A stretch of DNA of 64,000 nucleotides from Gekko japonicus (Eukaryota), in contig NW_015161949.1 of assembly GCF_001447785.1 (NCBI RefSeq), positions 836,224 to 900,223 on the forward strand, written 5' to 3'. The notes under the pieces were generated by a model. That model saw nothing but the letters and a program-made list of their open reading frames with translations. It ran no database searches and was not told the origin of the DNA. This document shows positions 1 to 12,269 of the stretch, one piece after another; the stretch's first letter is position 1, and the number at the start of each line of letters is the position of its first letter. The translations under genes were made by a program, and so were the position numbers.

Positions 1-740
1 GGGGTGGATTCTGTAGAGGGCCGCATTGGGGGGGGCGGAAGGACTCAGCAGGTATAATGTCATAGGGTCTACCCTCCATAGCATCCATTTTCTTCAGGGG
101 AACTGATCTCTGTCATCTGGAGATCAATTGTAGCAGTGGGAGATCTCCAGGTCCCACCTGGAGATTGGCAACCCTAGGGGAAAGTCTGCTGCACAGCAGG
201 GGGTTGAAGAGAATGGTGTGATGGGTGCTGGGCCAAGATTGGCAACAATAGTTCCCCAGGAGCAAATAGCTGGGTTGGAGGGTGGAGTCTATGGCACTGT
301 AACCTGTCTGAGGTCCCCCTCTCCGGCCTCCACTCCTCAAATCTCCAGGAATTTCCATACCTAAAGCTGGCAACTTTATTTCCTCCCCTCTCAGTAGCCT
401 CTTATTTTGCCTTAAATTGGTTTTGATGTCAGCAGAGTGAGAAAATGCCAGAGGCTCTGGGTGGGTGCCCCATCGTAAATGCACCAAACAATTCCTAAAG
501 ATTTGCCAAAACACTACTCTGTCAATAAATTGCAGAACTTCGAATTAGCACCAGAGCTTTAAGAGCTCTCCAGCTGTCACCTGGAGACTGGCAACAGCTT
601 GTTTGGAGGGTGGGGAGTATGGTATTGTATCTGTCTGAGGTCCCCCTCTTCCTCCTCCTCCTCCTCAGACCCCACCCTCAGCAGGCTTCATCCCTAAAAT
701 ATCCTGGAATTTTCCAACCTGGAGTTGGCAACCCTATGCC
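1..740 (-). repeat. Cluster of fragments of an abundant dispersed repeat ending in tagggttgcca (probably hAT-derived, non-autonomous)
   Basis: Recurrent tggcaacccta / ggagatctcc / tttcctcagggg-type motifs at ~100-180, 290-375 and 580-740. The same motifs recur at ~5000-5185, 45830-45985, 62935-63030 and 63187-63450. Confidence 0.55.
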
Positions 741-909
741 CCCCCAGCCTCTGCCTAGAGAAAGGCCAGTCTTTCCCTGCAGTGGGAACCAAAGCAGCTG
801 TCATCATTCTCCTCTCCCCCTATGAGGTATGTTAAGGTTGAAAGTGTGTGAATGGTCCATAATCCCCCAGGCAGCTTTTAAAACATGATCCTGGGACCTA
901 CACACCACC

Positions 910-1068
910 AGACATTCCAACTGCCTTGCGGGGGGGGGAGTATGAGGTGTGGAATGGAGTGAAGTCCAATCAGCTTCCATATGCAACTGACATTCCAACT
1001 GCCTTGCAGGGAGGGGGGTGAGTTTGAGGTGTGGAATGCAGTGAAGGCCAATCCGCTTCCATATGCAA
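910..1068. repeat. Two-copy tandem repeat (~78 bp unit)
   Basis: gacattccaactgccttgc...gaggtgtggaatg.agtgaag.ccaatc.gcttccatatgcaa occurs twice head to tail. Confidence 0.8.
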
Positions 1069-1238
1069 AAGACCTTGAAACGCTGGGCGGGACTGCACAA
1101 AGCAGCCAGTCAACCCAGCCAGCGTCTTCTGACTGACAGTTCAAGCGTCCATACACTAAAGGAGTGCATTTTAGAACTTTGGCACCCACTATTCAATTAT
1201 ATATAAGGAGAGATGATTCCAAGGCAATTACAAGTCAC

Positions 1239-1986
1239 TAGGGATGGGCATGAACCAGTAAAATATGGTTTGGTTCATGGTTTGTGGCAGAACCATGAAC
1301 TGAATCCCAAACTGAACTGAACCAGCAGGCGTATTTACAAACCAAACCCATTCATGCAGTCTGTGTCCCTGCAAACCCCATTGAAAAGGACCACAGTCCT
1401 TTTAAATGGGGTTTGCAGAAAGGCCAAAAAAAACCCCAGCTGAGCTGTGGGAAACATCTTGCTCCCTGCTGCTCAGCTGTTTTGGGCTGGCCACAGCCAG
1501 CAGAAAGGTGGAGGTGAAGTGCCCCAGGGAAGGCACTTTACCCCTTCCATTTAAACCCTTCTTTCTACTCCCCACTGCTTTTTAAAATGGCACTGCTTTC
1601 TACTCCCTGTGGATTTTTGCAGGTAGCAGAAAGCAGAGCCATTTAAACCCTTGTTTTCTGCTCCTAGCAAAAAGCCTCAGGAAGCAGAAAGCAATGGTGG
1701 TTTAAATGCTTCCAAGCCATTTAAACCCTGCTTTCTCCTCCTGAGAAAAGCTGTGGGGAGCTAAAAGCAGGGTTTAAATGGCTCAGAGCCATTTGAACAA
1801 AACAGCTGAGTGGTGGGGAGCTCCCCACCACTCAGCTGTTTCTTGCGAAGAACTGTCTTCATGAACCATCACAAGCCACCACAAATTACACCAAAATTTT
1901 TGGTAGTTCATCCAGGTTCTTCAGTTCATGAACTTCAGTTTGCAACCCCTGAACAGCCCTCATCAGCCAGTTCATGCCCATCCCTA
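1239..1986. mobile_element. Non-autonomous hAT-type DNA transposon
   Basis: 17-bp terminal inverted repeats (TIRs) tagggatgggcatgaac/gttcatgcccatcccta. Degenerate 8-bp TSD caagtcac/caaggaac. Internal tttaaa-rich repeats. Confidence 0.8.
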
Positions 1987-2267
1987 CAAGGAACAATAAA
2001 GGGATGCCAGAATAATCCTGAGTTGCAAAATTTTTAAACTGCTATGAAGAAGTTTTCTGTCATGCAATGTAAGTTGCTCACAAGAGGTCTGTTTCTTATT
2101 GAAGCCTATGGTAACTACCATCATTTGCCTTCAAATTTTTTGGGAGGGGAACAATATTAAATCAAAATGCAATCACTAGTTAAACATCCACTGCTGTTCG
2201 TGTGCTTTGAAATAACGTCAGTATTGGGGGGGTTTGCTATTTTTTGTATTTTATATGTGCATGTGTG

Positions 2268-2465
2268 TGTGCACCTGGAAGTCATAGCGACCTCTAACCC
2301 CTACTGGGGGTCCGAAGGATAGTCAGAGAAGTGGATGAATAAAGCCTGCCCCTGCCTCCCACCTTTGGTATTCCAAGGAGGTTTCCCATCCAAGTACTTG
2401 CCAGTGTCAACTCAGCTTCGAGATCTGACAAGATTGGGCTTGCCTGAGTTATCCAGGTCTGGGCA
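2268..2465 (-). mobile_element. 5S rRNA-derived SINE
   Basis: Minus strand gcccaatcttgtcagatctcgaagctgag...agtacttggatgggaaacc matches the 5S rRNA internal control region. Ends in a (CA)-rich tail. Confidence 0.65.
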
Positions 2466-2505
2466 AAATAACATCAGTATTCTTAACAACAAGAACAATA
2501 ATAAC

Positions 2506-4792
2506 GACCTGTCACAGGACTTCCGGCGGTGCAGTGCGGCGACAGGCGGAGCGCGCGAGCGCTCCAGACGCCCGATTCCCTCCTGTTTTCTTTTGGAGCT
2601 TTCTTGGTTTCCAGGAAAGTCTCACCAGCTCTCCCGGAGAGAGAACCAGTGCAGGGGGCTTTGTGGTGGCCCCTCCCGTAACTGGCAATGCGGGGGTGTC
2701 CAACTTTTCCCCCGAAGCAGGAGCGGGTGAGTGGAGGGGAACATGGCCGCCATGTTCCCCATAGCTGCTGCCTTCCGCTTATGTTTTTACCTATAAATAA
2801 CTTTATTTTGGATTACAAGCAATGAAGCAAGGAAGCAAGAAAAGCCTCAGAATTGTAAGTGCACACCTCTTGAAGAAAAACGCGAAGATGCCCTGAAAAT
2901 GCCCTGAAAATGATTAGCATAAAAGAGAAAAACAGAGCGGCCAGAAAGGGAGAGAAGAAGCTAAGCATTGTGTATATATTTCTTTTTTCTTATTCGGAGC
3001 AATACATGTCGTTCTCTTGGGAAAGGACTTATAATTGCAAGCTGAATATTATTAAGTTTGTAAGCTGAAGGACTTTGGAATGGCAACAGTAAGGGAAAAT
3101 GAGATGGAGGAGATATTGGATGAAAATATGCTTGTGACAGAAATGTCAGTGGAACAATTTTTAGCAGTCCTAAAAGAAGGAATACAAGAGGCCCTAAAAG
3201 AAGGAATACAAAAGGGGATAGAACAGGCATTTGGAAATCTATATGAAACCCCTACTGTAACAGAGAGAACTGAAAATTTGGAGCCACATATACAGGACCT
3301 GGAAGAGAGTACTGAGTGTCAGCAAGGAAAGGAGGACATAGAGTTGTTATGCTTTCAAATTCCAACACAAAGGGGGAAAAAAAAGTTAAAAGGAGACAAC
3401 GGAAGAGGAAGAAGATAAGAGGAGGGGGAAAGGAGGATAGAGTTTTGCCTGTAAAGAAGAAAAAAGGGAGAAGGGAAAGACAAGGACGATGCAAGTGAAG
3501 GATAAAAAGGGACAAAATGGATTGGAGGCATGTTTTGTCAAAAAATATTGATGAGAGATTGGAAATGAACTACCATCTGTGTAAAGAGAAACAGCACATA
3601 GACATGTTACTATGGGGGGGGGAAAGTTACAGAGCTACAGAAGGCAAATTAAAGTATATGAAATTGTTATATGTTTTGATTCTATTTGCATTTGTTGGTA
3701 GGCGTAAAATTATTTATAATTGGATAGATTGGAAGTTTACTTACTAGAATATAAAAATGATTTATAATTGGATAGATTGGAAGCTTACTTATTAGAATAT
3801 AATGTTAAATGTTAGGGGAGATGAATTTAAGGGTGGTGGGATGAAAATAATGGAGCAGGGTAAAAGTGATTACTAAAACTGTTTTGGTTTGTTTGGCATT
3901 GTCCTTAGGGTGTTTTTTGGTCTTTGTCAGTTTTATTTGTGTTTTTGAAAGAAGTATATTGGAAAGAAGTGAGTGTTGTGCTCATAGAGTATAGGAAATA
4001 ATGAATTTAAGAGTACTGGAATGATGTGATTTTATTTGAAGGTAGAATCATGATGTATAATGGAATGAATAGATGGGAATAATGGGATGCGTATTTACTA
4101 GAATATAAATGTTGAGCGTGAGAGGATATGAATTGAGAGGTGGTGGAATGAAATGATTTGAATCACTTTGGATTTTTATTGTCCTTAATGTGTTTTAGGT
4201 TTTTGACAATTCCATTTGGGGTTTTGAAAGATGTACATTGGAGAGAAATAGGTGTTGTGCTCTTAGAGTATAGGAAATAAGGAGTTCAATGGTTATAAAT
4301 TTAAGTGAAATGATTTGATATAAGCATGGCAAAGTGTTTATCTAGTGATAAAACATTAAAGGAAGGGGAAATAGCCAAGAAGTAATGGGAAAGTATACTG
4401 ATTGCATTATATGTTTAGTAGTATGGTAGATGTTTAGGGTAGACAATCTCAAATTGTAAGGAGGTAAACAGTAAAAAATGAAGAGTTTTGATGTTGGTAT
4501 TAATGGGAATTGATCTATTATCCTATTCCAAGGGAACAAATGTGATATGAAAAAGATTAACTTAAGGTTTGTAGAAAGGAGAAAGAAGGATTATTAAAAG
4601 TTAATATTATTGGAGGTGTGTAAATGAAAGTTCTCATTTTTGGTGATTGTGTAGAAGGAAAATTTATGAAGCTGGGTAGCGATGTTGCTTCGGTGGTAAT
4701 GATTGGAAGTATAAGGAATCTATTGTATCTGTATTAATAATTGTTGGTGAATATGCATTATTGTGAAAACCCAATAAAAAGTATTTTTAAAA
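2506..4792 (+). mobile_element. ORF2-less L1-dependent retroelement with short coiled-coil ORF
   Basis: 15-bp TSD aagaacaataataac (2491-2505 and 4793-4807). CpG-rich 5' end starting ggacttccgg. AATAAA plus A-rich tail at ~4773-4792. No endonuclease or RT motifs. Confidence 0.8.
3080..3418 (+). CDS. Retroelement-encoded acidic coiled-coil ORF (112 aa; possibly a diverged ORF1p N-terminus)
   Basis: ATG-initiated ORF just after the 5' UTR of the element. Homologous by eye to the ORF at 18351-18746 (MA.(V/I)RE...EM...QF...E.IQE.(L/I)KEG). Confidence 0.55.
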   Translation: MATVRENEMEEILDENMLVTEMSVEQFLAVLKEGIQEALKEGIQKGIEQAFGNLYETPTVTERTENLEPHIQDLEESTECQQGKEDIELLCFQIPTQRGKKKLKGDNGRGRR

Positions 4793-5577
4793 AAGAACAA
4801 TAATAACAATAGGAATTTGTAGAGATCCTAGATTTCATGAATATTTTGCAAAATCAAGGCTTGTTCCCCTCCTCTCAGCTCTGTATTTTTCCTGCTTCTG
4901 TAAGATTTCCTTAGCAGAGGAATGCTTCTGTCCCAAGAATGTAATTGATTGAATTTGGTGGCTCTCATCATGGTATTCCATTTTTGGGGTTTGCTGGAAT
5001 TAGGGTTGCTCCAGGTGGTGGCTGGAGATCTCTTGGAATTACAACTGATCTCCAGCCGACAGCGATTATTTCCCCTGGAGACAATGGCTGCTTTGGAAGT
5101 TGATATCTATGGCATTATCCCCTGCTGAAGTCCCGTCCCTCCCCAAACCTCACTCTCTCCAAATTCCACTCCTAAAGTCTCCAGAGGTAGATGACAGGCA
5201 TCTGGACCACTCAAATGTTGTACTGGGGAAGTTGCCCTAACCTGGGATATTTACCTGACTTTTTAAAAAGGAAACAGGAACTGAAGAAACAGGTTCAGGG
5301 GCAGAAGATTCCCTCCTCTTGTATACTATGTGAAGGGGAAAAAATTAACCTCTTACTAGAGCCCCTGTATACCTTATGATATGACTGGCTGAATATACAG
5401 AGGGTGAGGGAAGAATGAACAAGATCCCACTTCCAGGGGAAAGTAGATGAGTTTCTGGTCCTTCCCAACCCTGTGATTTAGTTTTCAAAGTATAGTTCAG
5501 CTCTGCTATATGATACATCCTTTCCCAGATGGTACCACTTAGCAGCAACTAGTGAAAAAGTACAACAAGTAGACTTA

Positions 5578-6021
5578 GGCCCCGGTCACACTAACAGGAA
5601 AAGCCGCAGCAGAAGTGTGGCTTTTTAGAGCCGGAACAAACAGAAGCACAGCAGTGGGATCAGACAGGTCCCCCGAGGCTCTGCGCTTCTGCCAGCAGCC
5701 GCGATCACATGCTGCAGGGGGAGCAACTCTAAGAAGGGCGAGGAGGGCCAGCCGCAGTAGTTGTGTACATGCACAGTTCGCCATTACCACGCATAACATG
5801 GGATAACCATGCGTCGGCGATACCACGGCTGCCATTGCTGCACGTCATCTGGTAGGTAATGCCCTTTCACTAGTCTCTTTTAGATCTGCATCTTTGGCCG
5901 GAAGAGATGGGTTGGGGGCGGGTGTGCAACGCTTGCCAGATGTTGACATCTGATCGCAATGGTTTAATCTGCCTTCAACCCATCTGTTTCGCGGGGCAAA
6001 TCCTCCTGTGTGACCGGGGCC
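5578..6021. mobile_element. PIF/Harbinger-like MITE
   Basis: Perfect 14-bp TIR ggccccggtcacac/gtgtgaccggggcc, preceded by TTA. Related copies at 36951-37367 and 44676-45799. Confidence 0.75.
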
Positions 6022-6804
6022 CCTGAGTGCAATTTTATGCAAAGTTACACACTTCTAAGTCCACTGAAGTCAATAGACTTAGAAGGAAGTAGACTTAGAA
6101 GGAAGTATCTCTGCTTAGGATTGCACTGTTAGAAAGCAACTCTAAGCAATTTCACTTCAAAGTAAAGCCTATTTTTAATGAGACTTACTCTCAGGAAAAT
6201 GTTCTTAGGATTTCAGCCTTAGTATGGCTGTGTTACATGAAATCATCACTCTGCAGACCTGTGATTGCTTACTACCCAGGAGCACCCTGCATAGGCTTCT
6301 GACATCATCAGCCTGTGATCATGTTGCATCTCCTCACTACTGCTGGTGCTAATACTTATGGAAACAGTGGGGTGCTCACATGAGATTCTCTGCTGGTGAA
6401 AAGTCAGTGAGTAAACAAGAGAGGTTCTCACTAGGGTGGTCTCAGACTCCAGGCTCTGCTGCTCCCATGGCTGGAGCAGTGGGTGCAAAACTGTGTGTTG
6501 AGTGTGTGTGTGTATGGGGGGGTAAATCAGTATCATGCCACTGCCATGATTTCATTTCTGGTGTGAATTCAAAAGTAACATCACTGCATCTGTATGATGC
6601 TCTAAAATCCACTTGATGCTCTATGGTAGAAACCATAGAGTTCAATGTGAATCTTAGAACACCACCCTGACATGGTGATGTCACTTTAGGATCTGTGGCA
6701 GAAGTGAATTGGCATTGACTCAAGACTGATGCTCAGGATCCCACTCCACCTTTCAGCAAATAGAACACTTTCTGCCTACCTCACATGACTTTCTCACCTC
6801 TCAC

Positions 6805-7010
6805 CTCCTGCTGCAGCTCCTGAAGTGTTACTCTTGGCCTGATTATGGCCCGGAGGTCTTGCCAGAAACACAGCATCAGAACCCTGCACTCTGCAAGGTA
6901 AAAGTTGCTGTAGGCAACTTCGGCTCCTTGAGATATTTTGTCCCACACCCCTTGCCATCTGGATGTATACCACTTGTGAACAAGTGGTAGCAATGCTGTG
7001 GAACCATATT
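6805..7010 (-). CDS. Candidate coding exon of unidentified gene (EYGSTALLPLVHKWYTSRWQGVWDKISQG...RVTLQELQQE)
   Basis: catcag| acceptor and GAG|gtgaga donor. 206 nt open in phase 1->0, and phase-compatible with the 10197-10355 candidate exon. Confidence 0.45.
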
Positions 7011-8335
7011 CTGATGTTGACAGAAATAACTAATGAATCCCAAAACAGTAATGCACAAATAAAGCCTATTTGATTAGGCAATTATGATTTCCCCCTTAAT
7101 CCATATTCTTCTGTTCCTTTGTGGTTTGTTTCATCCTAAGTAGTCCACAGAATGCTCAGAAGAAAACCTAAAGCCCCCCCCAACCTATCAAAGGCAAGCT
7201 CCTGATTAACTAAGAATATTCGCCTTGTAGTCAGTCTTGTTAAAAAGAACAATAGGCTGTGATTGTGAGTGTGATTATCTGTGAGTGTTGCTGGTTAGCA
7301 GCCACAGCTGTGGAAGCTCTGTTATGTCTGTCAGAAACAGACAAATAGCAGCACTGAGGACTGTTGCACAACTGTGAAAATCCAAATGCCCTAATGTTGA
7401 TGAATATATCATTGAATGATATGGAAAAGTAAAATGTGACAATATAGCTAAAGTAGAAAAGGAACCAAAAACATTGTTTGTGTACATAACCAAACAATGA
7501 AAACCATCCCAGAATTAGCATTTAGCAGCTTCTAAAAGGAAAGGGAAAAATCCTTGGGGATACCAGCACTGTCCATAAAAGGACAGAAGGGTCTTGTGGC
7601 ATCATAAAATTTAACAAATTGATTTTAGAATCTGGTTTCGTAAGCCACAGCCTACTTTGTCAGATGTATGAGATATTGCAGTTGTTGGGCAAAAATATGT
7701 GTGCGCAAGAATACAAACATAAGAAAGGTGTGTATGAGAAATTATTACAAAGATGGGTCTGAAGGTGCCACATTCCAAGACACAGACTGCTTCTATATGG
7801 TTACAGTTCACCATGTAGCTTCCATTGCCCCTGTGTCTACACGTCAGCTCTCCATAGCTGCCATTTCTCCCTGTGTCACTGGAGAGTTTTGCTGCTGTTG
7901 AGAAAAACTAGAGATGGGGTTTTTTTCTTTAAAAAAATGAAAGCTGGGGATTCAGAGGAACTATTACAACATTACAGGAGTTTGCTATATTATAATGCTG
8001 ATTTTAAAAAAACAAAAAATCTCTCTGGTGATATAGAGGTAATTGTGACTGCGAGCAGCTAAGACAAGGAAGATGATGCCGATGTGTGCAGAGCCTTCAT
8101 AAAATGTGCACCTTCCCATACACATGGTGTATACAAATGTGGTCGTCATCTTTACAAAGCAATCATATTAAACCAGGTTGCAACAAAGCAGGTGAAACCC
8201 CAGAAAGTGGACAATTAGGAGTGGTTTTGTATAGATGCTCCAAAAAAGGGATTCTACTTGGATCTCAAACAGAGGCAAAATTTTCACGTGGAAGCAATTA
8301 TAAATATATTACATTGCATTGATACTACAGAAAAG

Positions 8336-9685
8336 AACAAGGTCTGAGGTAGTGGTTAAGTGCACAGACTCTAATCTGGGAGAGCCGGGTTTGATTCCCC
8401 ACGCCCCCACTTGCAGCTGCTGGATGACCTTGGGCAAGCCATAGTTTTGTCAGAGCTGTTCTTGAAAGAGCGGTGGGTGCAGTCAGACAGCCACATCTGT
8501 CAGGCATTCCCCAGCCATACTTACCCCATCATAGGATGACTTGGAGCTGGGTTAAAAAGGCACCACATTACAAGTGGTGATTTCAGTTCCCCGCGCAGTC
8601 ATCGCACATGGCCAAATGTCTGAACCCGGGGGAGCGCGCACAGAATGGATTTGGCAGTCTGAACCTGCAGATCCTTTCTGCCGTTGTGGAGGTTTTTTTA
8701 ATTGCCTATATGTGCATGTGCACGTGTACGCATGAGCGCATATGTGTATGTGCACTTATGGCACATGAATTGTGAGATTTTTGGCAGCGTGCTCCATGGC
8801 TTAGGTGCTGCAATAATGTCGTTGCTTAACACAGGATGTCTCTGTGGGTAACCTGCATCAGGGTGTGCTGTGTGGCTGATATGCCCTGCAACATTTTCAA
8901 CCAGTTCAATTAGAGGCGGAACTATATTGCACCAAGCTGCCAGTGTGGAAATGGCCACTGATTTCCCATTCCCCTATCTGCAGCTGTTGGATTACCTTGG
9001 GCAAACCATAGTTTTGTCAGAGCTGTTCTTGAAAGAACAGTTCTTGAAAGAGCTCTCTCAGCCCCACCTACCTCACAGGGTGTTGTCAGGTCCTGGAGTA
9101 ACCACTCTGTACATAATAGTCCTTGATCAGGTTTATTGGTAAGATATGGCTTCTGGTCAGGTGAACACCTTTGCCAGAACTAACGATCAATAGCCCAAGG
9201 GAATGAGTTCTGCCCAACAGACATATGTCACATTCATTCAGGCTACTACAGGTCATGAGACAATATACGACCCAACAAGTTTCATCTTAAGACTCCTGTC
9301 TCCCAAGGCCACAGCTGGACCTGTGAACCATGTGGGGGTAACTTCAGAAAAGTTACAAGCAGCGCCTCTACTCAACACCATACAATCGTTCTCACACTCA
9401 CCCCCCCCTTAGGAATGTCAGGGAGGACAGATAAAGTAATAAGTAAAGCCAGCAGATGTGCAAAGTGGGCGGGGGTTACAAAAGCAGAAGTGGGCATTAG
9501 CAATGCAGGGTTATTGATCATGGTACAGAGACAATCAATTCCCAGGTCAAGGGTCCAATCCTGGCAGGTGTCTGTTGTGGGGAGGGGAAGGGAAAGGAGT
9601 TTGTAAGCTGCTCTGAGACTCCGAGTGAAGGGCGGGGTATAAATCCAATCTCCTCCTCCTCCTCCCCCCCTCCCCTTCTTCTTCT
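8336..9685 (+). mobile_element. tRNA-derived SINE (Squam3-like) split by two insertions
   Basis: A-box/B-box head (gtagtggttaag...ggtttgattccc) at ~8350-8400, body resuming at ~8979-9083, tail tgtaagctgctctgagac...gggtataaatccaatctcctcct at 9567-9685. Confidence 0.7.
9084..9566 (-). mobile_element. Solo LTR
   Basis: TG...CA termini with short inverted repeat tgtcagg/cctggca. 5-bp TSD ggtgt (9079-9083 and 9567-9571). AATAAA on the minus strand near 9135. Confidence 0.8.
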
Positions 9686-10196
9686 AGGTGTTGGCATAGA
9701 CTACTCTTAACTGTTGATGACTGGGCAAAATAGGATGGATAGTGAACATAAACCTGTAAAGAGAGGCAATTTATTTATATAGTTAATTATTAACTCCCAG
9801 TCCATACTGAGCTCCCATATGGCAGAGTCAAATCTGCATATGAATCCCAATACCGACGTTTCTTTTCCTGGAATCTTCTTTTGAAACTCATTTTCTGTTT
9901 ATTGTAATTACTTTGCATCAGTTACTGAAGTCCACCAAAGTGGGTTCTTGCTCAGGAAAGTTCCTGCCACAACACATTTGTTTGTCTTTAAGCCACCACA
10001 TGACCCTTTGTTGTGTTGTGTTGGCTGCAACACACCAACATAGCTGCTGCTGCTGCTGCTACTACTGTGTAGCATTAACAAGTGATACATTTTTAGGATC
10101 CCTCCCGCTATTTCTGACTTCCCAGCAGAACATGATATTGCCACACCTTTACTGCAAATGTACTCCATTTTCCCAGTGAAATCAATGTGACCTTAC

Positions 10197-10355
10197 CTTG
10201 TTTAAATTGGGCTGTAATATGTGCATTTATATTCAGGGGATGATTCAACATCTGAGGAACTTCAAATATCTTCAGCCACTTGTCACTGTTTTCAGATGTC
10301 ACCAAGCCATTGATGGGGCTGAAGGCTTTTGACTGAGGACTGCTGATAACAGATT
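10197..10355 (-). CDS. Candidate coding exon of unidentified gene (SVISSPQSKAFSPING...HITAQFKQ)
   Basis: ctctag| acceptor (weak) and strong AAG|gtaagg donor. 159 nt open in phase 1->1. Confidence 0.4.
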
Positions 10356-11419
10356 CTAGAGGCTACCATCCAAAAACTTTTCTTGAATCTTAAATGTTGT
10401 GCCAAACCCAAATGAAGTGAACAAGCACTAATAATCCTATAGCCACCTTATCATTGGTTTTCACAACAGAATGTCTGTAGAAAGATGAAAGTTAATGGCT
10501 GTATAATTCTAATGTGAGTCAGAGAACTGGTGATTGTAAACAGAACCCAAAGAAATCCATTCAAAATGTAATGTGATAACATACCTTAATTCTTATTAGA
10601 AATTATATCCTCTCCTCATTTTTAGAAGGGATGGTTATAACTGCATCAAATGGATATGAAGTTTTATGGCATAAGTTCAGTATTATTATATATGACATGC
10701 TATCAATTTAAAACATACTTTACAGAAAAACATATGAATAACAGCAAAATGGTCAATTGGATCCTTGCCCTCAGGAGATTACAAGATAAGTTTTGAGGGT
10801 GTAAAGAAACAACAGGGTGAGGAGACGTTAGTGAGACAAGATAAATAAGAAATAAATGTGAGAAATTGCGATATGAATTCATCGCAGCACATGACAGAGA
10901 CTGGATAGTTAAGAAGATTCTCTGTAGCATTCGCAGTTCTTTTTTGAATACAAGCAGCACAATCTGAGTAGCATTATTTCCAAAGGAAAGGGAGATCAAG
11001 TTGTCTGAGAGCCTATTTGATTGCTGGTTTTGCCATTTCCCCTCCAAAAAAAATCAGTTATGCAAGGCAGAACATGCCATAAATGCTGTTATGTCGGAGA
11101 CAATTGTATCGAAAGGTAAACCCAAATGAACTTGCTGAGTCATGCGCTAGCTCAATTTGGGTGAGGAAGAAACCTGACTTTGAAGGCTTCTGAATCAATC
11201 CCCAGTTCAAATTAAATTTGTAAGATCCTGTGAAGCTTCAGTATGTAGCTCCATTTACAACCTGCACTTAAAGTCCAGGCAAATGTTTCATTTAGAAGAA
11301 ATTGAACAAGGATTACAAACCACAGAACATTTTCAGTGCTAGCTTTTTTGTCATTAAAGTCAAATCACAGTCCTTCTGTCTTAATTCTGTGTGGCTGAAG
11401 CCTGGGTCTGGCAAGGCAG

Positions 11420-11980
11420 GTAAGAATGGGGCCGTGTAGGAATTTTTCACTTCCACCCGGAATTGGCAGATTGGGTGGGGGTGTTTTTGCCTACCCTGCA
11501 CTGGGATCAGTGGATTTAAGTGTTGGATGTGGTGGTCAGCAGTTAAGTAGGTTGGTCACTTGGCAGGTTGGTGCGGGCAAGAAACCGGAACCGGTGAGCA
11601 CCTGAGGGCAATTTCCCCATTAGGGAACAGGGGGTCATCAGGAACTGCCCTCGGATTTTTCAGGTCCAGGGTAGGGAATGGTGATCACCTCCTCTGGGAA
11701 CCTCGTAGGGTATGCTCCGCTCTGCAAGTTGTCAGGCTTCAGGAGTAGGCGCTCCTATGTGGCGACCAGTTTGCTGGGCTGCTGGTCGCGAGCCAAATCG
11801 ATGGGTGACCCGCCCGAGAAAAGGGCAAGGAGGTTGGTCAAGTGAATGACACCTGCCTTGCCTGTTCTGTGCTCGCTTAGATGGTCCCTTGACGCAATGT
11901 TATGTTAAATAGTTAATAAAGTGGCCCTTGTTTACTTCCAAACTGTTGTCTGTCTCGTTATTCCGACTGGGGGGGGCAAT
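11420..11980 (+). mobile_element. Terminal-repeat remnant of an Ngaro/DIRS-type element
   Basis: Colinear similarity to the reverse complement of 42045-42620: shared ggggccg.gtaggaatttttc...gcctacc motif, agttaataaagtggccc, and terminal gggggcaat. Confidence 0.7.
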
Positions 11981-12269
11981 GGAGTGTTGTCACCACACAT
12001 TTCTGAGGTGTTTTTTTTTTAGAAAAATTCCTCCAAGCAGCTTTGCCCAGGTGGCTGCTACTCCCAAATGACTAGGACTGCCCATTAAGGACACTGACAG
12101 GTTGGATCCATGAGGTAGTGAATGGCTCTGCTGTAAAAGAAGAGGCTCCAGATATTGGAAGGAAGTAGTTGGAAAAGTAGACCTTAAAAGGTCTATGTTA
12201 ATTTAGTGAAGTATTGGTATGTAGCTGACATCCCCTCCAGTGCATGGTGGCAGTCCAATTCCAGATGAT

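Noticed and set aside
910-1068. Repeat-spacer-like pattern reminiscent of CRISPR
   Set aside because: Only two full-length tandem units without unique spacers, in eukaryotic DNA.
5254-5471. Two possible further minus-strand exons
   Set aside because: They would be separated by under 60 nt, and no phase combination gives a convincing continuous frame.
10703-11047. 114-aa minus-strand ORF
   Set aside because: Non-ATG start, overlaps an old L2/MIR-like motif (ccttgccctcaggag.ttaca), and has no splice signals.
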